From Octopus vulgaris (lineage: Eukaryota): 64,000 bases of DNA. Below are positions 26,740 through 40,512 of the stretch, piece after piece. The notes under the pieces were generated by a model. It searched no databases, was not told the DNA's origin, and worked only from the letters and a program-made list of their open reading frames with translations. Where the stretch lies: positions 43,772,001 through 43,836,000 of the forward strand of contig OX597825.1 in NCBI GenBank assembly GCA_951406725.2, in the 5' to 3' direction. Each line of letters starts with the position of its first letter. Positions within the stretch are counted from its first letter, which is position 1. Made by a program: the position numbers and the translations under genes.

Positions 26740-27310
26740 GACATATTTTTCAGTGTAATACCTTGGCTATACAATTGTATCTACATTTATATACTTTCTG
26801 CACCAAAAGACTACAAGAACTCATTTGCATACAGCCTTATCTTTCTTAAGCAATTTATATGGTTCTGTCTGTTCTTGCCTTAATGACATTCATTTGCAAT
26901 GACTGGCTTTCAGCAGCCATGAGGAGTTCTTTTTCCTTATTGAGTACTCTGTTCTTCAACCATAACCAAGACTCATCTGTTGCAAATATTGTATTTGTCT
27001 GAGATATTAACTGTGCAGCTATTTTCCCCTGACATTTCTTTCTCCATCTTGTTTTCTTCTTTTCGTATTTTCTTTCATGGGCTCCACACCTTTTTATTCC
27101 TCTCTTCTTTTCAGTTGAAATAAGACTCTTTTTACTATTTCTCACACACTTTTGTATATCATATTTTTCTATTTCCAAATAATCTTTTGTTGATATCAGC
27201 CTTTTCGTCCCCTACTCCTGTGATAGGTTTAACTTATCAGTACTGTCTCTTAGATATATAACATCCTATACATAGTCATTGTCTTTCTGGTCTTACAATC
27301 TGTGTCTCTT
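26740..27310 (-). mobile_element. R4/Dong-like (RLE) non-LTR retrotransposon relic
   Basis: TDCKTRKTMT and SWLWLKN...LLMAAESQSL motifs match the post-RT region of R4/NeSL-type elements. Confidence 0.6.
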
Positions 27311-27971
27311 AGTCCTTCTGTAATCCAGTTAAAGAAAGCAGCAGAATATCATGTTCAGATGGAGTTTGAATGGTTTTCCTTGTCCTGATAACCAGAAGAC
27401 TCAGCTCTATTGAGGGAGCAAAGACTAGATTGATGACACCAGTAGTGCAGAGTTGAAGACCCATTTGATATAATGTAGGATATAATGTAGGACCCATAAA
27501 ATCCACTTCAGGAGAAAAGCAAGAGAAATAAACAAAAGACAACATCAGACAGCAGCAGCAATGGCAGACATAGCAACACTAGCAGACCCAAGACTTGAAG
27601 ACCATGGTTATTACAAGTACTCTACCTAGAATACCACTGGTTGCTACTTTGAAATTAGAATGGAAGTAAGCAAAATTCCCTCTCTATCCATTCCATCAAC
27701 CTGAAGGATTGCACTGAGGAACCAAAGGAAAAAGTGTTGTTGATGATGGGGGAAATGGTGTTGGAATTATGAAGAACTGCTGATGGCGGCGGCAGTGGCA
27801 GTGGTAGCGGTAGGGAGGTGTTAAAGAAAGCATTCTGGGTAGTAGGTGGCTGGAGTTGAAGAGTGTACTAAACCTACTTAGACAGAGGCTTTTTATCCCT
27901 GTTTGTGGAGATTGGCCAGATTTGTTTAGAGAACTAAACGTGTTAACGCATCCAAATATATTGCTTTACAT

Positions 27972-28205
27972 AAGGCAGTGAAGTGGCAGAATCATTACCA
28001 CGCCATGCACAATGTTTTATGTTTGTGAGTTCAAACACCACCGAGGTTGACTTTGCCTTTCGTCTTTCAGGGTTGATTATAAGTTGATTATATAAATATA
28101 AGTTGATTATACCAGTTGGTATAATCAACTGACCCCATTGGGGCTGATATAATCAACTTACCCCTCTCCTACAATTGTTGGCCTTGTACCAAAATTTAAA
28201 ACCAA
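27972..28205 (+). mobile_element. SINE family B (another decayed copy at 28390-28555)
   Basis: aggcagtgaagtggcagaatc...gagttcaaac...gactttgcctttc. Confidence 0.7.
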
Positions 28206-29003
28206 TATGTTACATTACATGTTGCCTCTGTCTTATTATGCCTATGTACATCATCAAATTTATTGTCATGTCTGTTTATATGGCACATTTTCTATTATTT
28301 TTAATGTACCCAGGAAATAAAGATTATCATCATTGACATCATCATTATCAACATCATTTGATTGGTAGAATTGTGACAACATTGAAAAATACTTCTTGTC
28401 GTATTTCTTCTGGCTCTTTGCGTTCTGAGTGAAAATCTTCTCAAGGTCAACTTTTCGAGGTGAATAAAATAAGGTACCAGTCAAATACTATTGTTGATCA
28501 AATCAACTAATCCTTTCCCCCATAATTGCTAGATCTGTAGCTAAACTAGAAACTATTATAATTAATATTAATAGTTTGCAAAAATTTTTAAACCTGTGCC
28601 TCGTTATTATTCATCAAAGACTTGGTCAGTGAATTCTTTTCTACCATCTCATTTGCCATGTCTGTAAATTCCACTCCGAACCTTCTATAACTAAATATAG
28701 GACTCATTGGCTAAAAACAGATAAATAGTGGTAGTGGTGGTGGTGGTAAAGGGAAAGAATTGATGTGGCAGTTGGCGTGTTATGTAAAGCTGGTATAGTG
28801 GTGTTGCTGATGATGAGAGAAATGGTGTTAGAATTATGAAGAACTGCTGATGGCGTCAGTGGTGGTGGTGGTGGTGGTAAAGATATGAAGCACTAAGTAT
28901 ACTAAACTAACTGACTAAAACTAAAGTAGTAACTGAAAGGCAGAGAGAAAAAGGATGCCTGTAACAGCATAAGAGGAGGCTCATAAGTAACTGACACTTG
29001 CCT

Positions 29004-29021
29004 ACGTCACTGCTGACGTCA
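29004..29021. promoter_or_regulatory. CRE half-site plus full CRE (TGACGTCA) in a candidate promoter region
   Basis: acgtcactgcTGACGTCA lies at the edge of the CpG-depleted block. Function is unverified. Confidence 0.25.
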
Positions 29022-29426
29022 AACAATCTGATGAAGAAAGAAGGCAAGAAAGAAAGGTGGTGGTGGTAATAGTAGTAGTTCTCATCAGCATCAACTTCAT
29101 CATCATCCACTCCACCATCATTATTATTAGATGAAAAAATAAACCTTAGTAGGCGAACGAAAAAGAAAAAATGTCGGTGTAGGGATGTTGGTAGAGAAGA
29201 TGCAAGTGTGGGCATGGCGTGAAGCAGGGGTGTAGGCGAAGTGGTGTGGTGGTGAGTAATGTGGGTGGCGAAAGCTGTTACATAAGGCTGCAGTGTGAGA
29301 AAATGAGAGGGAAAATATATAGGACTGACTCGTTCCACTGTAAGTAAATTTGATACAAAGTGTGGCGTACTTAATGGGCTTCTCCCCACTCCCCGTTTTT
29401 ATCCTTTACTATAGACGCTAAGGCTA

Positions 29427-29483
<57 letters not shown>

Positions 29484-29507
29484 AGGTACAACACCGTTAG
29501 AACAGGG

Positions 29508-29798
29508 CAGTGGTTCTCCACCAATTTTTCCCTATGGACCCCTTTGATTCACCTTTTACTTTACAAGACTTCATAACCATTCAATGTGTATATAAAATAA
29601 ACACCTTACGGTATTTTTATAATTAAGTATTATTAGGAATTGTATTAAAAAAAATTAAGGAATAGTAGAAAAAATTGTCAAAATATTTTGTGTATTGTAG
29701 AAGTATAAGCAATTTATTGGCCATAAACTTTAACAACATAACAACAAAATCTTACGTGGACACCTAAGGGCCATGTGGAACCCGGTTGAGAACCACTG
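29508..29798. mobile_element. hAT/Charlie-type MITE
   Basis: TIRs cagtggttctc(c)acc / ggttgagaaccactg; degenerate 8-bp TSD gaacaggg/aattaggg. Confidence 0.75.
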
Positions 29799-30510
29799 AA
29801 TTAGGGTTCATAAACTACCTCTATCTCTATAATGGAAATGGATAAGAACACTGAATAACATTATCAGCGGTAGTACTGTGTAAGATTGACAAGTGGTTTG
29901 GAAATACGCAGCTCTAAGTCCGTATCCTGTTATGAGACACCCTGTAACTGGTTTCAGAGTAGAGCCAATTAAACTTCTCAGATTTCCTTTCTATTAAAGC
30001 CAGATAACTTAAGGTTGTTCAAACACAGGGCCGAATATTTAGGGTCTGGTCTGTTTGCAAATATTACCATTATGTAGCTAAACTACTATTCTTTGGATTA
30101 TATTTAAAGGCTATGAACATTAAGCACATCATACACGCATGCATCCACACGAGTGTGCGATGTCATATATAAACGTTTATATGCACGTGTCTGCAACTGA
30201 ATGATTAAATGCAAGCTCTACTTCACATTCCTTGAGGATCGTTGGTATCCACATTGAATATCTGAATGAAACCTTGATATAGATTTAATTACATTGGCAC
30301 CAATATAAAATACACACATATAACGGACTTTACACCTCTGAGTATAAACGTGCTATGAACATTCTAAATGGTGAAGCATATGAGCCACAACATATGCTCT
30401 CTTTTCTTTCCCTTCCTCCCCCACCCGCTCTCTCTTTCTTTCCCTTCCTCCCCCACCCGCTCTCTCTTTCTCTCCCACCTCTCGTTCTCTCTCTCTCTCT
30501 CTCTCTCTCG

Positions 30511-30543
<33 letters not shown>

Positions 30544-30599
30544 GTGCGCACAAGCTGTATATCTATAGGTTTAGTTTTGTCTGTAAACAGTTGCAAGAG

Positions 30600-31270
30600 C
30601 CACATCACTTTGGGTATGCTAAAGAAACTTCTAACAAAGGCGAAGCTTTACACAACCACAAAACTAACGGTTAAAAAGTATGGACGCCCAAACTGTGTAA
30701 TATGCCCCAATCTACTTGAAGGCTGAAGGCAAATTCCTTTAAGTGAACACATAGAGAGATGTGCAGGAAACATCAAACCAACTTACACAGTTTTCCACTT
30801 CTACCAGTGCAAAAGATACAATTTCTATACAAGAACGTTTAAATAAAGAAAATTTATTCATCGAAAAATACAGAACACGTCTAAATATGCATGCATAACC
30901 AACTTTGATCTCTATGCATATTTTAATTCGCGATTACATACCCACACTGCACATATTTCTTCCCACCACACTAGTTTTTGAATTTTTGTGTATATATATA
31001 TTTTCCCCCACCCAAAAGATGAACAATTATCTCCCCTGCCCACAATAATAACGATCACCAATGACCCTTCCCTTAGATTTTTCTACTTGTTGAATCATTC
31101 ATTCATAAACTCCACACACAACATGAACAAAATTTTTTTATTTTCTTAAGAAAATACTTATTTAAATAAATTCTAATATCATGATTAGTGAAAGCGAAAC
31201 CGGTCGACAAACACAAAATGAAAGATATTAAAAAATATATTAAAACTATGTAAAGTGTGTGCATTTTCCT
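30600..31270 (+). mobile_element. Penelope-like element 3' relic (Cys linker, end of GIY-YIG, HHR relic at 31177-31209)
   Basis: LKKLLTKAKL...GRPNCVICP and SEHIERCA are homologous to 43060-43610; a gcGAAAccggTC motif lies downstream. Confidence 0.65.
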
Positions 31271-31276
31271 ACTTTA

Positions 31277-31332
<56 letters not shown>

Positions 31333-31372
31333 GGCGGTGCATCAGCATGGCCGCAGCTCTGAGCTGAAACTA

Positions 31373-31439
<67 letters not shown>

Positions 31440-31849
31440 TACATATATCACCTGTATCGACTGGACAATTGGATGTTATATATATATATATATATATATG
31501 TTTCGTCTCTAAGCAATGTCAAAATTTTCGGTACCGATAACGTGAACAACAACAGCAACAGCAGTGACAGCAACAACAACAACAACAAAAATACAAAAGA
31601 AATGTAATATAAAAACGTAAATATCGCCTGTGCATCCTTTGCGTCAGCGGTGAGAAATATAGAAAGTTTCCACGTAGATGAAGTCTCGGTGGGTGGAAAA
31701 TGCCTTATGCGCATGTGGGAACAGAAAGATCCACATCACCCGAGGAAATAAGTTTGGAACCATTGAGGTGAGATTTGGGACAGAAGAAGCTAGATATAAT
31801 TCAGTAACTACTTTGAGAAATAATAACATTTTCTTAATCCCCAGCCTAT

Positions 31850-32371
31850 CGCGGCCAACACCTTGCCAAGATGAGGGTGCTGAATGTGCCGCCAGAAATA
31901 TCCATCAGCTGGTTAGTGGCGGCTGTCTTGACAGATTTACAAGAAGACGAACTGACAATACTGGAGGTCAAGAAACTACCTAAACAAAACCAGCCCTCTC
32001 GTTTCCCAAGGATCATACTGTACAGAGAACTTGCAGTCGGAATAAGACCCAGTGGAGGTCCGAAATTCTGTTTTAAAGACCCCCTTAAATGGACCTTGGC
32101 TCAAGCTAACCTCCAGTCATCCTCATGGGAACAGATTGCCATGAATAGGACAGCTTGGAGGACTGATATCCGCAATGGAGCCAGCTTCTTCGAGCAGAAC
32201 AGACAACAGAATGATACGGCAAAACGCAAGAAAAGAAAGGAGCGTCTCCAACATCTTCGACCTGCACCGACTATTCCGTGCAAGTTCTGCCCACGACTCT
32301 TTCACCACCAAGTTGGACTCCAAAGTCACTTTCGGCACAAACATCAGCCGAGAGGAATGGATGGAAACTGA
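31850..32371 (+). mobile_element. RTE-BovB LINE 3' end
   Basis: RFPRIILYREL..G.RP.GGP...FKD...WEQIA.NR.AWR plus a terminal C2H2 CKFCPRLF...GLQSH. Confidence 0.85.
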
Positions 32372-32499
32372 TGAACCCAATGCTCGGATAAACGTTGGAG
32401 CCGACCATTATTGAACTCTGGTCGTGGATTTCAAAGAGGAAGGACATGTATTCGTGAGTTTTTGTGCAATTTTTACAGATAATATTGTTGTATTTTAAA

Positions 32500-35400
32500 A
32501 TGTTTTACATTTATGTGGCCAGGCCGATTGGGCACTTGTTGAGCTGAGTGATTAGGCGGGACTTTTCTCCTGTTGGGATGAATTTTCAATTTAAAATTTC
32601 TATCTTTTCAATTTTCGATTTTAAAATTTGTAAAAATATCCTTGGAGAAGAGTGCCAGCTCTTCCCTTCTTTTTGATTTCCCTTCCCCACTCTGCTGTCG
32701 GAAGACAGCCAGAAAAGTTTTAAAATTAATTGTCTCCGCTCACTCCGCGCCTTAAAAGGCAGAGAGAGGGATAGGCAAAGTCTTGCTAGCACATGCAACG
32801 CTGAGCAACAGAAAGAAAAAGAAGAAAAGAAAATTTGCTAATGGACGCTGCTAGCGTCGCAACACCTGTGAATCCAACCCCTTCCCGCTACCACCTCTAA
32901 CACTAAGACACTGAACACCCAACAACAACAACAACAACAACAACCCAATGCATTAAACAGTTTTGCTTCAACAGCAAAACCTAGCACTGAATTCATTAAA
33001 GTTTCTGTAGAATTTCTCAAAGACTACAGAAACATATTAAAAAGGAAAAGCGAAAGAGTGCTAACGGTAAGTAGTCTTCTCTTTTTTTCTCCTTACCAGC
33101 CACTCATATGGTCATACTTAAAATAGGTTGCATAAACGTACGTGGCCTGGGGTCCCCTTGGAAACAAGGTCATCTAGTCAACGACCTCAGACTACTGAAT
33201 CCAGACTAAGCGAACCGCGAGCTACCATGCCTATTTTCGTTGAATACGTAGGGGGTTGCAAAAGCCTCGCAAACCTGCTCAGACATTTTCAACTGTCTGA
33301 CAGGTACCGACTGGATTTCCCCAATGTGCCAATGTGGACATGGGCAAACCGCATCGGAACATCCAGAGTTTTTGCAGGTCTTTAGATAGGGATAGTATTA
33401 GTTGTCCACAATTTCAGAGTCGGCTACACAGATCACAAATTGATGACTGTAAGATAGCATGCGTCGACAGGGACCCGGCTACTGGAAGCTGAACACGTCA
33501 CTCACGGCGTGCCAAGCTTACAGAGACCGGATTAAAGAGTTAGTTCAGAAAGCTTTAACAGGGGTAATCGTCAACAATAAATGGTGGTATAGCTTAGAAA
33601 GAGCCATCAAAGTAGAATCTCTGGAAAACACGCGCTAGCATCTATTTTCGAGAACTACGAGGTATTCTCATCTTGTGGTCTATCGGAAGCGGGTGATAGT
33701 GTTGCAGTGCTACTCCGAAAATCCTTAGATTTCCAAGTACAGGCTATCTTCCTGGACCTGGATGGTAAGATGGTGGTCCTGGACGTGAACGCCAGCGAAT
33801 GTAGCGCCTTTACACTGGTGGCGGCTTATGCCCCAACAGCGGCTAGAAGGCCAGATTTCTTCAGGCGTCTAGAAACATTCTTGGGTACGTCTCGCACTTT
33901 AGTACTAGTGGGGGAGTGGAATAGTATTTTGGACGTGCAGAAGGACCGGTGGGTTTAGTACATAGCAGAAGTGGGTGTAAAACCTCGAAAACTTGCTCAA
34001 GACTTTCCAGCTTTCTGATAGGTACCGACTGGATTTCCCTGATGTGCCAATGTGGACATGGTGCAAGCACAGTTGGTCAGCCAGATAGTATTTAGACAGA
34101 GTATTTGTTAGGTTAGAGGATAAGGATAGCATAGGTTGTCCACGATTTAAATTAGTCGGCTTCACAGATCAGAAATTTAGACAGTCGATTTAGATAGGAC
34201 CCGTAGACAGGGGCCTGGTTACTGGTATTTGAATGCGTTCAAACCGATTCGCAAAGACTACAGGGAGAGGATTAGCGAACTACTTAAGCGGAAGTTGACA
34301 GGGGCTACCTGTCAACAACCGGTGGTGGATCGCTCTGAAGAGAACGATTGGAGTAGAATCGATAGCATTTAGCAAAGATTTGGCAATAGAAAGAAATAGG
34401 TTAGCGGGAAAACTAGTTAGCAAACCAGAAGAGGCTATTAGTAAAGGGTGCGTTGTCAGAGCTAAAGCCAGGGCGCTAAAATACGAAGGAACTAAAGCCG
34501 TCCGATGAATGGTAGAAACGCGACGTGGATACATAACCACCATCAAGTCTTTGACGGACCAGGACGGACGCGTGCTACACTGTTCTGAGCAGATGTGCTA
34601 ACATGTGGTCGGGGAGGCACAAGCGTGCGCAATCCTGAGCAGATCTATCCATGACAACCTCCACTTTATGCGATGCATCGTAGAAAGGTATGGGACTAAA
34701 ACTGGCTTTAGTGGGACCCTGATAAATTTAGATCGGTCGAAAGCTTTCGATAGGGTATACCATTGCTACTTAGAATCCATCGTTAAAATGGTCTGTTTCG
34801 GACCCGTTTTCAAAGGCTGGATCGTTGCAATGCATTGCGGCACCTTCTCGGTGGTCAAAGTAAATGGCCACCAATCGGAACCGTTTAGTATCACACGTTC
34901 TGTCAGTCAGTCAGAGCTGCCGGCTGTCACCTCTTCCGTATGTTCTGGCTCTGGAGCCACTGCTGCGGAAGCTGGAACAATTAAGAAGCTTCCCTTTCGA
35001 AATTGAACTCGGGAGAACAGTGTCTGCATAAGCGAACAACGTCCCGTTATGGTGTCGGACGCCTCCGAAGTGGAAATGATCGAATGCATTGTAAAAGGGT
35101 ATGAATCGGTTGCAGGGGCCAAAACCAATACCGAGAAGTCGGTAGGATTGCGACTGGGTACCTGCAAAAGGCAGATCGATGCCGTTGGCCGCTGGACTGA
35201 CGGACCAGTTAAACTGTTTGGGGTTTGGTTTGTTTTGGTTTGGTTTGGTCCCGACATCCAGGTGGATAAGTATTGGGAAGTGGTGACGAACAGGGTGGAC
35301 TGTCTTACCAGGAAATGGGCAGGCAGGAAGTTATACCTGAAAGGTCAGGCAGAGGTGGCTAATGCCTACATCGCCTCTGTCGTTATTTATCGTCTGACCG

Positions 35401-36400
35401 TACTGCCTTGCCCCAGTTACTGCTTGCTTAGATTGGAGTTAACCTGTTTATTTTCTTGTGGAAGCTACGTGTTCCAATGGTCAGGCGGTCGGTTTGTCAG
35501 CTCCCTTTTTAGCTAAATACAGAGGATTAGTTGCGGGGAAGTGTGACGACGTCCTCGGGGTAACCCTAGACGTCGACGAAGACGAACTAATAAGCCTATT
35601 CCGGAGGACTTTCCAGTCGAGGAATATTATGCATAATTTTCAGATGTCTTTGGCCTGGCAGTGCTACCGGAGGGCGCTACCGGTTCGAGATAAATTCTAC
35701 AGGCACGGATGTGCTGTCAGACGGGCTTGTCCGAGGTGCTCGCAGACCGACAAAACCGTTCTGCATGCACTCGTTCAGTGTCCAGCAAGTATTGCTGACT
35801 TGTGGAGTTATGTTGAACAGCTGCTGTCGCATGTGGGACATATCCGTCTGTCAACTGAGTCCATAATAATGATTGCCCCGCTGCTCTCTTTTAATCGGGC
35901 AGGATTGTAGCGAAAGAGGTTGTCTGGTGGACGAAGCTGAAAAGAATGAGGTCAGAAACATTCCTATTTGGTAAAGCTCTCATCGACTCTTTCAAGTGTC
36001 TCTTGAAAAGGGAAGTGAGGGTAGAGAGGGAGGTGCTGTCCTCGAGTGAATTTATCAAAAGGCGGGTAAAAGTTGCAAATATAGCAAGAGTGGATGGTAC
36101 CACTCTCAGTGTAGACCTGTGAGCCGGGAGAAAGGAATTGTAGAGAGCACTCCTCCTTGGGTGATCTTGGATGGTAGTGTTCCTCGATTATCCCTAGAGG
36201 TTCTCCTGTATCAGGGGGTACACCATCGCTGTCACTTTATCTCCTTTTCTTCTAGTGTTGTATACTATGTATACTTCCCTTCTAATGTATACCGTGTATA
36301 CTTTTTATTCAATTATATGTAAACCCCCAACACTTTATGTCTGTCTTTGTATTGTCCCCTCATCCTTCCCCCTGGTGGCAAATGAAAGAAATCATTATTA
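32500..36400 (+). mobile_element. Decayed L1/Tx1-clade LINE (APE endonuclease, RT, CCHC)
   Basis: LVAAYAP and GEWNSILD (endonuclease), GPGYW.LN, RSIHDNL...LD.SKAFDRV (RT) and CPRC...TVLHALVQCP. The 5' boundary is approximate. Confidence 0.85.
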
Positions 36401-36982
36401 TTGTTGTTGTTGTTGTTGTTGCTGCTGCTGCTGTTGTTGCTGCTGTTGTTGTTGTTGTTGTTGTTGTCGTTGTTATTATTAATTTAGTAATAAGGTTTCT
36501 TTTTTCTTCGTGTTTCTAAACACACATACACACTAAATAACTACGAATATTGCAATCCATGCCCCGAAAAAAATTTTTTAATGAAAACATTTAACAAACA
36601 GAAAAACCTACAACAAATTTATGGTGCCTTTAATTATACAGCAAAATATCAATTGTGAACGAAAGAGAAAAATCTTTGACAACTAGTAAGAACAACCATG
36701 AGTGGAAATGTTGGACAAAACAATATAGAAGGATGATGATAACTGACAAGACATATTTGTTTATCCAAGAACTCGTCCTTCAAAACAGATTAACTTTGAT
36801 ATTATTATGAGATTGTTGTCGACAATTACTTCAAAACCTTTGTCAGTGTTCAACACAGAGGTTCTCATGGAAGAAATCTTAGTTGTTTAAATACTTCCTC
36901 TTTTCTAAAGTGGATGACCTAAAACTTTCTTACCTTTCGTAACATATTGTCTGTTTTGATTTGTCTTTGTTTATCTATCTAT

Positions 36983-37017
<35 letters not shown>

Positions 37018-37309
37018 TTGTACATTGAACTACTGTGCGTAAATCAGATTGGAGTGATATCACATTAACGATTCTGTTGGTAAATTCTTGCGCTTAAATT
37101 ATTAAATTATTATTTCTTACTGTGGTGGATGACATTTATAATGGGAAGTAGACCCAATGCAGCGTCTTGGATTGTAACTACTAATGATCTTTGCAGGGTT
37201 TCTGTAGATTCCATCGATCACAACATACACATGTTTGCGCGCGTGTGTGTGTGTGTGCACGCGAGCACGCGCTTATATATGGTTCTCCCATTAACCGAAT
37301 ATATATATA

Positions 37310-38099
37310 TGTAGTGGATTTTGCAGGCATGAAGTGGATTCGATCCACCACAGCCAAATTCGACAGAACTTTTGTCACAGTAGTACAATGGTTTTTCTCT
37401 GATAGCAGTTTTACATTTTCCAGTTGTCTAAGCTAGACCGAAATAATGTCTTCACCACTTGACCTTTCTAACCTATTCTATTTCACTAAAAGCTAGAATT
37501 AAGATAACAAGACCACCAACTAAATCTAATCATATATCTATCCTTCTGGATAGTTATCAAAGGAAGAACCCCAAGCAAAAATCAGTTAGTCACTTGGTGA
37601 CAACTCAGTCGGCTCGTGACAATCAGTTACTTAATGAATGACAACTCGAGTCAGAGACAGCTACCATCAGTTAGGGAGCGGAACGCTAGAATCATGATCA
37701 CAAGCAAAGCAGTTACTAAAGACAATGGTCAAATGGAGAAATGAAATTTACTGTCAACAGCTATGAGACCCAATTTCTCACACTCTCTCTTTCACTAACT
37801 CACTGTGTCATCTCAGCACATTACCATATCTCTGTATGATTTGCTACTACAATGAAAACATACTTCTACGATAAGAACATATAATCCGAAATTAACTTTT
37901 TTACTTCGCACGCTCTAGGATTTTATCACCTGCCCGTCGAGGCAAGGTATATTCAATGTAACGGTAAATAGATATTTTCTTCACAACTTCTATCACTGTT
38001 CTTTCATCCTAACATAATGAAGAATCTTAAACCTTTAACAAATCAATCACAACAGTAACAAACTCAATTTTCAACCGTCATAAAATAAATCTCAATCGT

Positions 38100-38134
<35 letters not shown>

Positions 38135-38170
38135 TTACAAGGTGAGCAAAAGTGTACGTACGCCGTTACA
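37310..38170 (+). mobile_element. Solo LTR, second copy of 7470-8290
   Basis: TGTAGTG...CGTTACA with shared blocks (gataacaagaccaccaactaaatcta; cgtcgaggcaaggta). Confidence 0.65.
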
Positions 38171-38779
38171 TGTATATATAAATCCCCAAAATGGAACAAG
38201 AGTGCAACAGACGACAATCAAACATCCGGACAGATAGACGATACAAAGTCGGACAGAAAAACAACAAAAAGACAAACAGGAAAAAACAAGGATGGGTCGT
38301 TCATGACCTTCTCTCCCCAGTCAAGTTTCCCGATTATCCTTACAGTTTCGGCCGGTTACACTTGAGACTGTTTAAATCTGGCAGGCCTCAAAAATCTAAC
38401 CTAAGAGCATTAAATATTTTAGGAGAAAGCAAGCGAATGTGTACGACAACAAAGACAAAAAAGAAACGAAAAAATTTAACAAAATAACGGAGAAAATGTT
38501 ACACAATTACAAATACAAGCAACAAGAAAATAACAACAGGTGTCTTTAGACTAATAAAGACGAATCAAGTTGAGCTGGCGTATGTAGAGTGAAATCCTTG
38601 AGGCAGGAACATAGTAGATGAACATAAGAGATGAAAGTCATGAGACAGGAATATAAGAGCTGTTTCGCAGCCGCCAAGAAAGAAAGACCGTGCTTTGCCG
38701 AACTCCGGTCACGTGGAGGGAAAGGAGAGAGGTAGGGGTCAGAGGGATTGGAGAATTAGGGGGGAGAATGAGAAACAGA

Positions 38780-39589
38780 GAAAATCAAATAAAGAATTGT
38801 GCCCGCTAAATGGAGCTTGCATGTCCAAGACCATCATATATGAAGCTACCGTAAACTCTATAACCACTAAAGACACCGTTTCGACGAAGAAATACGTGGG
38901 CCTGACAGAGGGTAATTTCAAGGCCAGGTTCAATAACCACACTTTGAGCTTTAGGCACTGGAACAAAAGAAAAGCAACACAATTATCCAATCATATTTGG
39001 TCTTTAAGAGATAAAGGTGTCAATTATAACATACAATGGAAGATTTTGGCCAGATGTAAGCCCTATACTAACGGCAGCGGAAGGTGCGGTTTATGCGACA
39101 TGGAGAGATGGCTTATCTGGAAAAGCAGCTTAGACCCTACCACATGTCTAAATACAAGGACAGAGCTTTTCGGATCATGCCCACATGTGACTAAATTTCT
39201 GTTACGTTTTTGGTCCCCTAAAGAAAACGGATAGAACATGCTTTCTGTGTTATGTCCCAAGAAGATTTTATATATTTTTATATATTTTTATATATTTTTA
39301 TGTATTTTTATATAATTTTTATGACGAAAAATGCGAGCGATGTATAAGTACGCAGGCAAAGCAGAGTTATAACAGAGTAATTTCCCTTCATTTTTAACGG
39401 TATTTTTTCATAACGTTTTCAAATAGCCAGATAACCGAAGAGATGGTGTTGTGGATTTCCACTTCGGCATCTGAAACTCAGAGTTTTATCTTGACTACCG
39501 AGTAATGTAACATATTGTATAGATAAATTTCCTCTATTTACATAATATTGAGGTCTCTTTCTTTCTTTTGTTATCTTACCGTTTTATCA

Positions 39590-39590
<1 letters not shown>
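38780..39590 (+). mobile_element. Penelope-like element 3' end: open GIY-YIG endonuclease domain plus 3' repeat with HHR relic
   Basis: CPLNGAC...IIYEATV...YVGLTEGNFKARFNNH...LSNHIW...CGLC..E...LNTRTEL..SCPH, with stop at 39234. Possibly Naiad-type (inference). Confidence 0.85.
39429..39491 (+). ncRNA. Degenerate type I HHR
   Basis: agataa-CcGAAGA-gatg...catc.t-GAAA-ctcagag-TT-ttatct; stem I is perfect but U4 is changed to C. Confidence 0.5.
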
Positions 39591-39616
<26 letters not shown>

Positions 39617-39620
<4 letters not shown>

Positions 39621-39839
39621 CTCTTTACTCTTTTACTCTTTTACTTGTTTCAGTCATTTGACTGCGGCCATGCTGGAGCACCGCCTTTAATCGAGTAACT
39701 CGACCCCGGGACTTATTCTTTTGTAAGCCCAGTACTTATTCTATCGGTCTCTTTTGCCGAACCGCTAAGTAACGGGGACATAAACACACCAGCATCGGTT
39801 GTCAAGCAATGCTAGGGGGACAAACACAGACACACAAAC

Positions 39840-39872
<33 letters not shown>

Positions 39873-40041
39873 CATATATACGACAGGCTTCTTTCAGTTT
39901 CCGTCTACCAAATCCACTCACAAGGCATTGGTCGGCCCGGGGCTATAGCAGAAGACACTTGCCCAAGATGCCACGCAGTAGGACTGAACCCGGAACCATG
40001 TGGTTGGTTAGCAAGCTACTTACCACACAGCCACTCCTGCG

Positions 40042-40043
<2 letters not shown>
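39617..40043 (-). mobile_element. Full-length young SINE family A
   Basis: Complete head to tail with CpGs intact, embedded in (TA)n. Confidence 0.9.
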
Positions 40044-40090
<47 letters not shown>

Positions 40091-40282
40091 ATTATATTAT
40101 TTTTTTTTTTTTTTTTTTTTTTTTATATTATATGTAATTTTCATGATGGTGTAATTTGTTCATTTTGAATTGGTAAAAGGTGGTTTTTTAAATTTTTATA
40201 TATATATAATATTTTGTGAAATTTCATTTAGTATTTCTAAATTGAATTTTTCCCTGTAAGTTAGGAATAATATTCCCTCAAA

Positions 40283-40382
<100 letters not shown>

Positions 40383-40440
40383 CTCTGCTATGTATTGAGT
40401 ACCTTATTTACTGTGGTTAACCCCGACTCAACCCGGGACC

Positions 40441-40512
<72 letters not shown>

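Noticed and set aside
31871-32371. C2H2 zinc-finger gene
   Set aside because: The single finger is the normal C-terminus of an RTE-BovB ORF.
38335-38395. HHR-like ggcc...ggcc-GAAA-ctg-TA on the minus strand
   Set aside because: The CUGANGA core and stem I are not recoverable, so it is at most a relic.
38695-39234. Stand-alone host nuclease gene or selenoprotein-type PLE
   Set aside because: The N-terminal part is unrelated flanking sequence, the domain is a 5'-truncated PLE end, and there is no in-frame TGA at Cys positions.
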